Notes: generated by a model not told the origin, from the letters alone. 62,584 nt of DNA, filler included, from Pirum gemmata (GCA_002812295.1; 16 parts of 16 records of this genome joined end to end with filler, not necessarily neighbours in it); one strand, 5' to 3'; positions 1 to 13,739 are shown, counted from the whole stretch's first letter. A program made the numbers and translations.

Positions 1-109
1 TAATAATAATATATATATATACTAATAATAATAATAATAATAATAAAAATTCCATTATTCTCTGAAACCAAATTTTTAATCAATAAAACCAATACATTAG
101 CTTTTGTTA

Positions 110-500
110 TAAAATTATTTTTAACCGTGGGTTATAACTTGAAAAACCCAAAAATATGCACTTTTTTATTAATCATATTATATAGATGGCTATTATATAT
201 TGCTGTCAATATAAATTATTTACCATCACTCCAATAATCACAACCATTAATACCTCTATTAATAATTGTACACAACTATCACTATAGCTTATCATTACTA
301 TAATAATTATTTTTAACTGTGGGTTAACTTGAAAAACCCAAAATTTGAACTTTTTTATTAATCACATATATATAGATGGCCATTTACCATCACTCTATAA
401 TCACAACCATTAATAATTCTATTAATGATTGTATAGCACTATTACTATAACTTATCATTACTATAATAATCACAACCGTCAATAATTACATGTTTTTTAA
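110..500. repeat. Tandem duplication of a ~190-bp unit, followed by an (ACACTAATT)n minisatellite at about 545-660
   Basis: aattatttttaac(c/t)gtgggtt...cttgaaaaacccaaaa...tagatggc...cttatcattactataat occurs twice. Confidence 0.8.
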
Positions 501-738
501 TTGAAAAACTGAATTTTGGTATAGTTTTTTATGATGTAACCATCAAATTACACTAATTACACTAATTACACTAATCACACTAATCACACTAATTACACTA
601 ATTACTACACTAATTACTACACTAATTACTATATTAATTACACTAATTACACTAATTATAGTAATTAAGATTCGTTAGGTCAGGAAAACGGGGTTTTTAA
701 AGGTTAACCGAAATTTCTTGACCATCCACTTCCATGAT

Positions 739-2217
739 CTAAGGCTCTCGCTCCGTGTTGGGACCTGTTACAATTTTTGACGAAGAGCTTTTTCTTCGGA
801 AAGAAGCTAACGATTTGGAAAATTTAGATGATTTAAATGATTTGTTGGAGTTAGAACGCAGAGAACTTTCAGTTGCTATCAAGGTATCTGCTGCTTCTTC
901 TGTCGGCGTGGCTGCGGAAGAAAATGAAGATGAAGCCTCGGGTGGTTCCTCAATGGGGCATTTAGTAAACGCGGTTTTGGCCTTTTTCTTCATGCGTTTG
1001 TTCCTTTTATATTCTTTTACTGTGGAAACAGGTTGGTAAACGTACACATACCCAAGCGCTATTGGCACCCCAAAGGCAATGGCTAATGCGGTTACAACAG
1101 GACTGGTTAAAGTAGCAATTGAGCCAACTAAAATTATTTTCTTTGCGGAATCACCTTTTTTTTTCGCATTATGAATAGTATACACAGGCATACCAATTAA
1201 AATACTTGGAACAGCCAACGCAACCCCAACACCAATAGCAACAGGCGCAAAAGTATAAATACTAGTATTTACCGCAATTTTTTTACTTGTACTCCAAGGT
1301 TTTTTGGCAAAATAAGTGCAACCTGAAGTGGTTAAGAAATGGGACGCTTCGGTTATTTCCTTTTCGCACAACCAACAAAATTCACAACCGCATTTACAAG
1401 TCATATGGTTACAACTACCATCTTGTATTTTAAAAACCCAAGAATGACAACGAGGACACATCTTACAATTTTCGGTGTCAATTTCTTCAGCATCTTTACT
1501 TTGACAAGGACCTTCATGGAAGTCTTCACTGCATTGTCCACAAACATTCGCGTTACATTTTCCACAAATAAAATTCGGTACTTCCTCGTGCCCAATAACC
1601 GCATACTCGCAATCAGGTTTGGGACATCTTCGAACTAAAGAGTCTTGTAATAAATAATTATTCAAACAGTTGATTTCATACCGTTGAATAAGGTGTTCAT
1701 TTTCTGTGTTAAGTAACAAAGTTTTTACTTCCTGCATTTGAACAAAATGAGTGGTACAGTCCGCAGAACCGCATCGGAGGTTGATAACTAAATCTTTAAT
1801 CTGCGAAGCCAGATAACCTTGCGCGCATTCATGACAAGTTTTATGGCCACATTCGTACTCCATTATGGCTCCATCAGAGCCATCAGACAGATAATCACAT
1901 AAACAGATTGGACAACATATGGATTCTGGTTTTTTGGGTGGCTTATATAAAACTATTTGTCGCTCATGAATGTTCTTATTATTATGTTTTTTATATTTAT
2001 CTTTGTCTTTATATCTACGTTCACCAAGTTTAGTTTTGTCATCTACTATTGGTAATAATAAACTTGGTCCAGCGGTGTCAAATTCAGGAGTACTATCGGT
2101 TGATTTTGCAGCTAATTTCTTAACAAGCACACCCGTATTTGGTTTTTCGTTTTTTTCATTACTGTTTCCAACTTCTATTCTAATCTCTACTTTGTTTTCA
2201 CTTTCATTATTAATAAC

Positions 2218-2248
<31 letters not shown>

Positions 2249-2793
2249 GTCTCCATAATTTCTTTTTGTGAATCAACTACTACTTCATTACTTCTTCCGT
2301 TTATATCCTCTTCTAACACCTTTTCACAAGGTATTTCAGGTATATTATTCTTTACACCTACTTCCACGTCATCCTCATCAACCTCATCAATATCATCGTC
2401 CACGGCCTTATTATTATCTCCAAATTCATCATCCAAAAACTCCTCAACGTCAAAATCAATATTGAATTTTTCAAAATTGAATTTTTCTGCACGTTCTTCT
2501 ACGTTACTACTTGAAGAAGCAGGTTCTGGCGAGGAAATTGAATTTGATGCTTTTGAATTTACGTAATATTTTCTGGAAAATTTCGCTGATATCCCTCTAA
2601 CCACTTCTGCAGATATTTCACGGAAGGGTGTGCTTTCATCAACCAATGCAACTGCTAAGATTTCATCGTCCTCTTCACATGTTTCATTAGCATGCAGTAT
2701 TCTTATCTCACTCGTACAGCTATTTTTCCTTGTTCTTCGCCGTTCTTGAAGTTCAAAGTGATGTGGATTGTGTGGTTGCGACAGTGGCAGTGG

Positions 2794-2828
<35 letters not shown>

Positions 2829-2841
2829 CTTGTTCTTGTTC

Positions 2842-2876
<35 letters not shown>

Positions 2877-3439
2877 GCTGTTGTTTTTCTTGTTGTTGTT
2901 CTTGTTGTTCTTGTTGTTCTTGTTGTTCTTGTTCCTGTGGTATTGGTGTTGGTGTTGGTGTTGGTATTGGTGTTGGTGGTGGTGTTTGGTGTGGTTGTGG
3001 TTGTGGTTGTGGTTGTGGTTGGTGTTGGTGTTGGTGTTGGTGTTGGTGTTGTTGATGGTTGTGGTGATGATGTTGTTGTTGATGAGGTTGGTGGTGTTGG
3101 TTGTGGTGGTGGTGGTGGTGCGGTCTTACCATATATGTTTCGTTGTCTGATGGTGCTGAAGGTGCTGATTTTATATTTCTCAGAACACTTTTCGGTAGTA
3201 TGGAAGTTTGTGATCGCAAATTTCTTTGATGAACATTATACAATTCAGACCTATCTATCTTCACTTTTTCTCCGTGTAAACTTACAAAACTCACATTTTT
3301 TTCAGTTTCCTTTTTTGCCACATTATCCTTAAGACTATTATTATGTCCAGATTGTATAATTGCCTGTGAAAAAGTATTTTTGTCTATATATGACGACGAA
3401 GAAGATTTTATAAAACTTTCTGGGTTTGCAACGTTTTCA

Positions 3440-3514
<75 letters not shown>

Positions 3515-3609
3515 CGTTCTGGCTCTGGTTCTGGTAATTTAAAACTGTCAAGGCTGTTTGAGTTCTTTGTTTCTTCTTCGTTAAAATTAGAAGGGTTGCT
3601 ATCGTTCAT
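739..3609 (-). CDS. RNF19: RBR (RING1-IBR-RING2) E3 ubiquitin ligase, RNF19/Dorfin-like, with C-terminal transmembrane segments and a low-complexity N-terminus
   Basis: RING1 CPICL..CGHKTCHEC..CGSADC; IBR CPKPDC..CGKC..CGQC..H..C; RING2 CPRC..DGSCNHMTCKCGCEFCWLC. These are followed by HFLTTSGCTYFAKKPWS and hydrophobic helices, as in RNF19A/B. Confidence 0.92.
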
Positions 3610-3796
3610 AATATTTTCGTTTTCGTTTTCGTTTTCGTTTTCAGTATTCTTATCATTTTTCTTGCTGTTACTACTACTGTTTTTGTTATTGTTTTTATTT
3701 TTGTGCCTGTTATTATTAATACTATTGTCTCTATGATTATTATTATTATGATTATGATTATTATTATGATTATTATTATTGTTATTATTATTATTA

Positions 3797-3896
3797 NNNN
3801 NNNNNNNNNNNNNNNNNNNNNNNNNNNNNNNNNNNNNNNNTTAATTAATTAANNNNNNNNNNNNNNNNNNNNNNNNNNNNNNNNNNNNNNNNNNNN
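3797..3896. other. Artificial contig spacer (first of 15)
   Basis: N44 + TTAATTAATTAA (stops in all six frames) + N44. It recurs at about 7692, 11586, 15463, 19356, 23249, 27151, 31738, 35582, 39398, 43262, 47118, 50988, 54887 and 58724. Confidence 0.97.
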
Positions 3897-4180
3897 TTAT
3901 ATTATTATTATGATTAAATTATTTATATATGTACAATCTTATTATTTACAATTTTATCAACAAGTAAATATTGTAAGATTACACTACTGTAATAAGCAAA
4001 GCCAATTTTTAAACTAGCGCTTTTATTTAAAAAAATAATTAAAATAATTTTCAATTTCTAACCTGAAATTTTACAATTTTACAAAAAGAAAAGTTGCCAA
4101 AAATGGTATTATTATTATTATTATTATTATTATTGAAGTTATTAAAAGAAAGTCAGATGGAGATGGGGATAGTAAGTATT

Positions 4181-4610
4181 CTTCTCCCAATTCTGCTCTG
4201 TTTAAAAATCGAGATTTTGAGTCTGTATATTAATTAATAAGTTCGAAATGTTCAAGCTTACAATTAAGTATTCAAATATATTTATTTATTAATAAACCCG
4301 AAAAATACGAAAAAAAAATATTTTTCGAACGNACGTAGCTGAATTTTGGCTTTTTTTGACAGCAGAAATTGAGTTTTCGGGTTTGAGCAGAATTGGGAGA
4401 GGCCTACCAATTCTACTCAAGCCCAAAAACTCGAATTTCTGCTGTCGAAAAAAAAACGAAGTTCAGCCCTGTTCGAAAATTATTTTTTCCATTTTTTCGG
4501 GTTTATAAATAAATAAATATACTTGAATACTTTTAAACTGTTAGCTTAAAATTTTCGAACTTATTTAATAATGAATAGGCTCGAAAACTCGATTTTTTGG
4601 GAGAAGCCTG
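4181..4610. mobile_element. Two oppositely oriented copies of a ~225-bp MITE (TIR CTTCTCCCAATTCT / AGAATTGGGAGA)
   Basis: Copy 1 is 4181-4405 and the reverse copy is 4400-4610. A third copy lies at 25652-25880. Confidence 0.8.
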
Positions 4611-4729
4611 GGGGGATGGGCACAAGCAAACAAGAAAAATCAAAAATAATGATCTTCAAAAAAAAACCAAAAAAAACCCCCCTTCATCCATGCATGTGGT
4701 TCTACAATATTTTGAAGCTGACAAGGTAA

Positions 4730-4904
4730 GGGACATTCATAAAGGTCGTCACTTATTCTTTGATAGAAGTCATTGCTCGAAAGTGTGACTTAAACTGTTT
4801 TAGGCAGTAATTAATTATTAAAATGAACTTTAAAATTATGACCAAAAGTGTTTTGAACAAAGAGGTATAGGTAAGATTAGGTGATGTCCTTTATGGATGA
4901 TTCC
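4730..4904. mobile_element. PIF/Harbinger-like MITE with TAA target duplication
   Basis: TAA|GGGACATTCATAAAGGTCGTCAC...GTGATGTCCTTTATGGATGATTCC|TAA, an imperfect TIR. Related copies at about 25930-26227, 29535-29695 (reverse), 30141-30317 and 47437-47500 (partial). Confidence 0.75.
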
Positions 4905-5440
4905 TAACAGTCGTACGGTCGGGGAAAAAAAAGTACAGGGGAATATATAACACTTGACGTAACCTGTTAACAAATGCACCCAATGCTATGATATATGAAA
5001 ACTAGGATTTTGGCCCCTCTCAATTTTGATTTACTATTAATTGGCGTATCCTAATTACTATATATAGTAATTTTAAAGGTAGACTAAGACGGACAATTTG
5101 ATGACGTCAATGGCTCGAAAAAATATAATAATAAGATTCGATCTAAAGCCACTTTGTTCAAAAAGCGAGTGATAATGAACAAAAAAGCACTCTAGATCCA
5201 CCAAAATCAAGGAAAAATGGAAGTTCGATTCGATGACCGATTGGTGCTGATTTTGGTATGATAAAAAAAAAAAAAAAATGCTGTAACTAAGTCTTGTAAC
5301 TAGTAGACACCTGTAGTAGGTTGTTATACCAACCACACAAAAATTTTAACAAAACTTCAATGCTATATTGAATCATAAAACACTAAAAAGTGACAATTTT
5401 ACTATTAACTAATTTAACGTTAGTTAACGATTTTTTTTTA

Positions 5441-5616
5441 TAGTGCTTTTCAGTTATTTTGTCGTCATAAAATATACAATAAATAGTACCAAATTAATAC
5501 AATTTTATTAAATTTGGTATATTTTATTATTTATTTATTTATTTAAAAGTATCAGTTTAAATATTATAAACAGCCAAATAAATATTCGGAGTGACAAAAT
5601 AAATGAAAAGCACGAT
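5441..5616. mobile_element. AT-rich ~180-bp MITE (TIR GTGCTTTTCA...TGAAAAGCAC)
   Basis: Copies or partial copies at about 7435-7545, 11300-11478, 28171-28349, 36420-36995 (three), 53427-53612 and 59981-60170. Confidence 0.8.
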
Positions 5617-6199
5617 ACTAACTGTGGTTAGTGCATTGTTCGCTGCTCTTTCGTAGACTAACCAAACAAATAAATGAACGAGTGGTTAGGGTTAGGGTTA
5701 GGGTTAGGGTTAGGGTTATGGTTAGGGTTAGCTCTTTTGTAGACTAACCAACAAAAACATTTACTCGTACCACTCGTTCGATTTTTTTTACAATACACTG
5801 ACCTCAGGTAGTAAAAAAAAGTTGGCTAACGTTGGTTAGTGCGTTTTTAGAAAGATATATGAGAGTGACGTATGACATCATTAAATAGTTAATGAAAGTC
5901 TCCAAAAAAAAAAACGCAAATTTACTACGCATTGGTAAGTGACATTCTTTCCAAATAAGTCAATTTTATCAATTAAAAAGAGGAGTGCACTTTTGCGAAA
6001 AAACACACCTTTTATCACAAAGCCCTCTCAGTTTTCATATAAAAAAATAGGATGTTCGATACTGAAAAAAGATCGATCAAAAAAAAACTTTGTCAGTCAA
6101 AAAAAATTAATTAGTAAAAATGCACTAATCTTGTTTTGCATAAAAAATGCTAAAATTTGAGCTGTAAATAGATCTCATTCTTTTATACTAAATAATTAT

Positions 6200-6400
6200 T
6201 AATGTGGTTTTCAATAGTGCCGCCCAGTTCAAAAACTTGAAATAAACGTACCAAATTATCATTATGGTTAAACTATCAGACATGTTTTAATCAATTTGGT
6301 ATTTTATACTTAATGTTGTATTTTGTAAAAAAGTCCAATTATACACATAAACAGAACCAAATTAAAGACGGAGAGGACAACTATTGAAATAGACGATATT
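6200..6400. mobile_element. ~200-bp MITE-like repeat ending TGAAATAGACGATA
   Basis: The core gtaccaaattaaagattgagaggacaactg recurs at about 11686-11780, 21955-22000, 28650-28720, 29818-30015 (reverse) and 36060-36185. Confidence 0.7.
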
Positions 6401-6899
6401 AATTCTGTTTTAAACAGTGTCCAACATCAACAAAAACAAGCTCAATTAAAAATGGATTTCTTTTTTAATACATCATAATATATAATATGTTTATAATACT
6501 ATATATATTATATATATACATGTATTATTAGCTACATTCAATAATAATATGATAAGGGAGTGTTCAAATATTGCGTAACGCCAATACAGCTTCAAATACC
6601 CCTACCTACCTACCCCTTGATGTTAATTTCTGGTCAAATACCACCTACCTACCTACCCCTTTGATCTCATTGAAAGTATTGACTCACTTTTGATTTTATT
6701 AAAACATTCTTAAAAATTCTTAGAAATTTTATAGAAAAAACTTGAAACTCGAAAAAAAAAGAAGATCATTTCAAAATTGTCACTATTTAATAATTAGGAT
6801 CGAGCTGTTTGATTCGATTATGTTTCCCCGTATTCCCTCTGTACTTTCATCGAATAATAATAAGGAAAAAATTGTCAAAGATTTATTTGAATTTGGAAA

Positions 6900-7380
6900 A
6901 TTCCCAAAAAAAAATCTCAAAAAAGTTCCCAAAAAAAAAAAGTTCTCGAAAAAGTTCTCGAAAAAGTTCTCGAAAAAGTTCTCGAAAAAGAAATTCTCGA
7001 AAAAAGTTATCGAAAAAAGTTATCGAAAAAAGTTATCGAAAAAAGTTATCGAAAAAAGTTCTCGAAAAAAGTTCTCGAAAAAAGTTCTCGAAAAAAGTTC
7101 TCGAAAAAAGTTCTCGAAAAAAGTTCTCGGAAAAGAAATTCTCGAAAAGAAATTCTCGAAAAAAAAATCTTGAAAGAAATNNNNNNNNNNNNNNNNNNCT
7201 CGAAAAAATTCCGATGAATCCGAAAATTATGATGAAAGTTCAGAAGAAAATCCAAAAAAAGTTTGAAAAAAAAAAATTCGAAAAAAAAAGTTCGAATAAA
7301 AGTTCGAAAAAAATTTCGAAAAAAAAATTAATGGACGAACTGGATGAAAAAGTTTGGATGCAGCAGTTACAAAACCGAAA
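6900..7380. repeat. 12-13-bp minisatellite (AAAAAGTTCTCG)n
   Basis: Directly visible tandem array with an internal N gap. Confidence 0.85.
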
Positions 7381-8375
7381 CCGAAAGTGAAGAAATCGAA
7401 AGTGAATAAATAAATAATAAAATATACCAAAATAAATTAAAATTGTTTTTATACTGTATTACTTTGGTACTCTTTATTAGTATACTTTTTATTTATTTTG
7501 TCACCCTGAATATTTATTTGGTAATTTATAACCTTTAAATTGACATTTTAAGTACGAAAAACTTGTATTTTATAAAAAAAGTTCAACAATCCACAATCGC
7601 TATCACGCCATTCATATATAGTAATATTATTTCAACTTTACTCACACCCCCTCACACATCACGTATTTTTTTTTTTTTTTAATAAATCTTTNNNNNNNNN
7701 NNNNNNNNNNNNNNNNNNNNNNNNNNNNNNNNNNNTTAATTAATTAANNNNNNNNNNNNNNNNNNNNNNNNNNNNNNNNNNNNNNNNNNNNTTGCGATTA
7801 TTTGTTAATGGTAACTATATAAGCAACAAACTAATGAAGTGTTTTCTCTTGAAATTATTTTTAAATCAAATGACGAGTCTGTAGACCCTGAGGGCCGAGG
7901 CTGCTAGCTAGCTAGGGTTAGGGTTAGGGTTAGGATTTTAATAGGGTTAGGGTTTTTAATTAATAGAGTTAGGGTCAGGTTATAAACAGGTTAAAAGGTT
8001 AGGGTCTACGGGTAGGCTAGCTACTAGACTCTACACTTCTACACAATCGGAGTCGGGAGCTACTAGACGGGTTTTTTCTATAAAGCCAACTGATATATTA
8101 TATTATTATATTAAATTAATATATTATTAATTAATTAATATATAAATTAAACAACAAAGATTAATAAATATACCATTACCTGTTACAGGCAAAGACCTCA
8201 GCTGGGCATTTCTTTATTATATATTAACAAACTAGTACTGTATACTACTGTATACATATTAATATATATATAATATAAATAAATATTATAATATTACATT
8301 TTTGTCATGAAGCAAACATTTATATGATATTTTATTCCACAACGTTAACTAATACTTGCTATAGCTAAACACTTA

Positions 8376-9957
8376 TTATGCCATTTTCTTTGTTTTTATA
8401 TATATGAATATATTCATCGCTGCTAATTCTGTCAACAAATATGCAACACAAAACCCAAAAATAATTTGCATTAAAAAGAAATTATTGATAGGAATGACCT
8501 TAATAACACTCAAAATGATACACATGATACCCACCATTATGTAAACTAAACTAGTTCTTACATAAATATAAAAATCCGAAAACCGATGGGTTATATTTCT
8601 GCATTTGTATGTGTAATAAAACAAGAATAATGGCACGACCACAAAATATACGGATAATAATAATAATGAAAGGGTATTATGAGCCACAATAAGAGAATGC
8701 ATTTGGTCAGTCAAGTCTTGAAAAGATACATCCACTATTTCTTCAGGGCTTAATGCTATAGTATATTTTGAAGCAAATATCCTTGTTGTAATAACGGTGG
8801 AGGCGTATAATAACAAAAATATTGGTGTTAAATAAAAATATTGAAATACTTGGCGCAGCGTATTTTGACTTTTATCTCTCTCCAATTCTACCCTGGTAAT
8901 AAATGTAATTTTTTGTTGATAAATGAGAAAAAGTATACGTAATCGAAAAATAATAGCACATAGAAACATCATTGCAAAAAAAGAATACAAGTTATTAACG
9001 ATTTCCTTAAAATTAATTGTATAATTTGTTGATTTATATTCCATACTATAAATAAAACCAAACCATTTCTTTAAAAACCACTGCACATAGACTATACTTG
9101 TGACAATCATTCCAGGTAAAGCAATGCCCAGGTGAACATAAAAATAATTATTACGACAAACATGCTTGCATATATTTCTTATATACAATATAATAAAAAA
9201 AAGAACGATGATCACCAAGTACAAAGCAACCATAAACCCCTCTAAAACGTATTCAATCCTTTCGCAAATTCCGGCTTTACAATTAAGGGACTTTCTGTTG
9301 TGCATCAGCATCAAATAATTTGGATTACAATCGGGTTGCACAACACAAGCAACAAATCCTACGCTATAGTCATCAAGTTCTAGATCTCCGATTTTTTTAT
9401 CTACAGCCTCTTGGCGAATAATACTTGACAGGACATGGTACGGGACATAATTCAACTCCACACTAATATATTCAGCTGCAAAGTATAAGTAAACTGCATG
9501 ATAAAGTATCAAAACTGAAAATATACAACATCCAAATATCCATCCCATTTTTTTGTGATACTCTTTATAAATATCATCAATAGGGTTTATTTCACGTTCT
9601 GTTTCCTTGTTCAGAACGTCTAATAGCTGTAGCATATTCACATTACTTTCTAATTGCATCGAAGTCGCATAGTCGTCGAATTCAAGATCATCATTTAGTT
9701 CTACAGAGTTAATAATATCATCTTTTACTAGTGCTATTTCTTTTGAATTGCTTTTCGTGCTTTCTATAAAAGTAGTATCTAACCTTGGGGGAAGTATGAC
9801 ATCATTATTGCCATCACTGTTATCCCTATTTTTGTTCGTAGTCACATTTGTCACATTACTTTTATTTTTTAAGAGAATCTCATAATTATCTTTTGTGTTT
9901 TTACTGTTGTTATTGATATTGTCTTTTTTATTGTCGTTCTTATTGTCACTGCCATTT

Positions 9958-9998
<41 letters not shown>

Positions 9999-10025
9999 TA
10001 TATCTATATCAGTATCAAATCTCAT
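8376..10025 (-). CDS. Intronless multi-pass membrane protein (about 1+7 TM), GPCR-like
   Basis: 549-aa ORF: Asn-rich N-terminus, one hydrophobic segment, a Cys-containing loop, then seven hydrophobic helices. The GPCR assignment is inference. Confidence 0.75.
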
Positions 10026-13000
10026 GAATATATATATTTATTATTTATAAAATTAATATAATATTATCATAGATAGTATCAGGTAGCACAATTATGATAA
10101 ATATATATGATAATTTTTTTTTAACAGGCAAGCCGGATAAAAATGTAGATATCTTTTTTTTAAAACTTCTTTTCTAAAAACCTTTACTCACTAGCCAAAT
10201 TATTTTTAAAAATTGACTATTGGCTCATAATAAAGTTTTTTTAGTTAGAAGATTCCTTACATTTTGGTAGTACTTTTATTAAAAAATAGAAGCCTTTTGA
10301 TATTTTTGGATTTTTGAGTAATAAATAAATAAATAATTATTATTTCTTTATTTCTTATTTATTGTTTATTTCAAGAACCACGTAAAAAATTTGTTTACAT
10401 GATAGTGATTTGTTAAAAACTTTGTTTGTAAACTAACAAAATTTTTAATTGGTATCCGTACGAAAGTCTCTACAGGTAGAGAGAGTTTCGGCTTGTTACA
10501 ACTTTTACATTGGTATCTTGAAATTTAGTCCATAGTAAAAATTTTTTTTATGGAATATTTGAACATGGATTTAGGACTGGTTAGGGTTTAGGGTCTAGAT
10601 AGACTCTAGATAGTCTAGGGTCTAGGCTACCAAAGATTTACACAAATTAGACTATGAGAAATAGACTAGTCTAGTCTATGAGTACACTAACAGCTTTTTT
10701 GCTATATATATTATCATAGTACCAAATATACTGAATTAGATAAATAGCTTTTTTAAAAACATAAATGGGCAGTATTGGGGAATAATTAGGCTACTTTTAT
10801 TTTCATTTTACTTGATCTAAATTTTTTATCCTAGCTAGACTAGACTAGCTACTACCTAGCTAGCTAGAGAGTAGACTAGCTAGACCTAGCTAGCTACTAG
10901 CTACTAGCAGACTCTCTAGCTAGCTAGCTAGCTAGTAGCTAGTCTACTACCTAGCTATCTGATAGTAATGATAGCCAAGTTCCGAGCCTGTAGTGAAGAG
11001 TAGAGTGTATCAAATTGACAGTATCTGATATCGATAGACTAGGCTACAGCACAAAGACCTGGGCGCAAAGACGGTTTGAAAGATTTGCTACAGCGTCTAC
11101 CACTCTACCTAGCTAGCTAGGTAGTTATCAGATATGCATAGTAGAATATATCATAATTATTATGATTATCATAGCTGATATCAGATACTAGCTAGTAGTA
11201 GTCTAGCTAGTAGCTAGCTAGTATCATAGTAGCTATAGGTAGACAGAGGTAGACAGATAGGTCAGACAGATAGATAGGTGTCCTACTACTTGTTTTGTCC
11301 ATCATACAATAATATTATACAATAAAGAGTGCCAACTTAAAATACAATATAAATCCATTTCATTTAATTTGTGGTTTTTATCATCTATTTATTAATTTAA
11401 AAAAAAGAATTTCAATTTAAATATATTATAACCAACCAAATAAATATTCGGAGTGACAAAATAAATGAAAAGCACAATAAGTAAATAAGGCAGTAGGCAT
11501 AGTGGGCTGATTATGATTATTTGCGTTGAACTTTAATTGCGATTATTTGTTAATGGTAACTATATAAGCAACAAACTAATGAAGTNNNNNNNNNNNNNNN
11601 NNNNNNNNNNNNNNNNNNNNNNNNNNNNNTTAATTAATTAANNNNNNNNNNNNNNNNNNNNNNNNNNNNNNNNNNNNNNNNNNNNTACTTAATGTTGTAT
11701 TTTATAAAAAAGTTCAATTATACGCTTAAACAGTACCAAATTAAAGATTGAGAGGACAATCGTAATGAAATAGCCGATAAACTTTAGTATTAATATCATA
11801 GGGTTAAGGTTAAAGTTAGGGTTAAAAGAGTAAAGTTTAGGGTCTAGCTAGCTAGGGTTTAGGGTTTTCTGAAGGGTTTTATAATATTAATACGGTTTTC
11901 TAAAGGGGTTTTTTAAGGTTAGGGTTAGGGTTTTAATTAAGGTTAGGGTTAGGGTTTTAAGGTTAGGGTTAGGGTTTTAGGTTATTATTAGATTAGGGTA
12001 TGGTTAATTAGGGTTAGACAAGGGAGTGCAAGGGTTAGGTTTTAGTCTTTAGGTTTTTTTTAAGTGTTAAATATATCGTAAAAATATTAATAAATTCGAA
12101 TCTACTAATAAGTCAACACTCAAAAATAATTAGAAAATTATTTTTATAATTTTACGGCTGTGTATATGTTAATATTATGTTAAATAAACACAACCACGTA
12201 TAAAAAACACACTAATTTAATAATAAAACTTTTGATTGTTGACAATGTATGTAAAGAGAATCTGTCTCATCAATTTTCTTCGCGAGTTTGCAATTGGTGT
12301 CCATAATATTATGATTATTATCGTAAATAAATGATACGCTAAACCTATCATCCTCGTGTATAAGTCGTGGTGTTCGTACTTGATACAGCGTTTTATGTCA
12401 AACGGAGAGTTAAACTTAAACCATAGGAAACGTAAATATAATGCGGCACCAATTGAGTCCCAAAAACAAAGTCTGTGTGGGTGCACCAGTTTTCCTGAGG
12501 GAAGGATTTGGTGTAGAACACCATTATATTTTATTTATTATTATTATTATTATTATTTAATTTATAATAAAACTTATTTTTTTTAATAGCAATCATTCTT
12601 AAAAATAGCCTATTAAAACATAACGATAACGCAATATAGCATAATAATAATTCATTAAAACTATCACATCTACCAATAAGTAAACTATAAATAGCATATA
12701 ATATTTGATAATTTGATATAATGTGATTATTTTGTGACAATAACTTTTTTACATCAGCCATATATATCCTACTGTTTGTTTTTAAAGATATCTCAGAAAA
12801 CATGTTTAGTACGATATTTACCTTATTATTAAATTTGATTACTTGTCTTATAATTAGTAATAATTAAAACTCCACCATATATATGTTGTGGGTCTTTCGG
12901 TCCATAAATATGCTATCCGTATAGATCATTACTGCGAAAAGTGGCTGAAAGGATATTATTAATCAAATCCGAATCACTGAAAGTAGGAAATTATTAGCAG

Positions 13001-13739
13001 ATTCTTATCCTACCAAAACCGTCCACCAAAATAAATCTCCTACCAAAATATCCTACTTTCATAACAATTTGTATCGATAAAAAAAGGCTGGAATTTTTGT
13101 TTAAAAGATTTTTTGGTAAGAAAATTATCCTTACAAATACCAAAATAAATTTCCTACCAAAATATCCTACTTTCATCCTACCAAAATATCCTACCAAAAG
13201 ATCCTATTTTCATAAAAATTTGTATCGATAAAAAAAGGCTGGAATTTTTGTTTAATTAAAGATTTTTTGGTAAGAAAATTATCCTTACANTTTGTTTAAT
13301 TAAAGATTTTTTGGTAAGAAAATTATCCTTACAAATACCAAAATAAATTTCCTACCAAAATATCCTACTTTCATCCTACCAAAAGATCCTATTTTCATAA
13401 AAATTTGTATCGATACAAAAAGGCTGGAATTTTTGGTTAGGGATTTTAGGTAAGAAATTTATTTTCGGAAGTTAAGTTTAGTATACGTTTTCCTTTTTTC
13501 AATTATTATTGGTAACCAATATTTTTCTCATCGATATTTGCAGAAGAAAATCGAGTATTTCTTAATCGAAACAACATCGATAGCCATTTAAAAAAAAATC
13601 GATTTTCAATATCTGGTTAAAGGGCACGTACGGTTACTTTCTTTTTAACTATTTATTTCACTGTTTAATTTTGATATGCAGAAAGTCATCACACACATTA
13701 AATTTTACCAAACAAAAAATAAAAAACAAAAAACAAAAA

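Noticed and set aside
1970..3736. Antisense poly-V/L/C ORFs (also 40064-40588, 51825-52652 and 61678-62352)
   Set aside because: They are shadows of low-complexity coding sequence on the opposite strand.
3841..3852. Regularly spaced TTAATTAATTAA palindromes
   Set aside because: They are artificial six-frame-stop linkers embedded in N runs.
6742..7430. Lys/Ser/Arg-rich histone- or protamine-like ORFs (also 45454-45744)
   Set aside because: They are translations of minisatellites and MITE fragments, open in several frames.
12217..12803. Two short minus-strand ORFs
   Set aside because: No recognisable motif or splice structure. They could be real but are unsupported.
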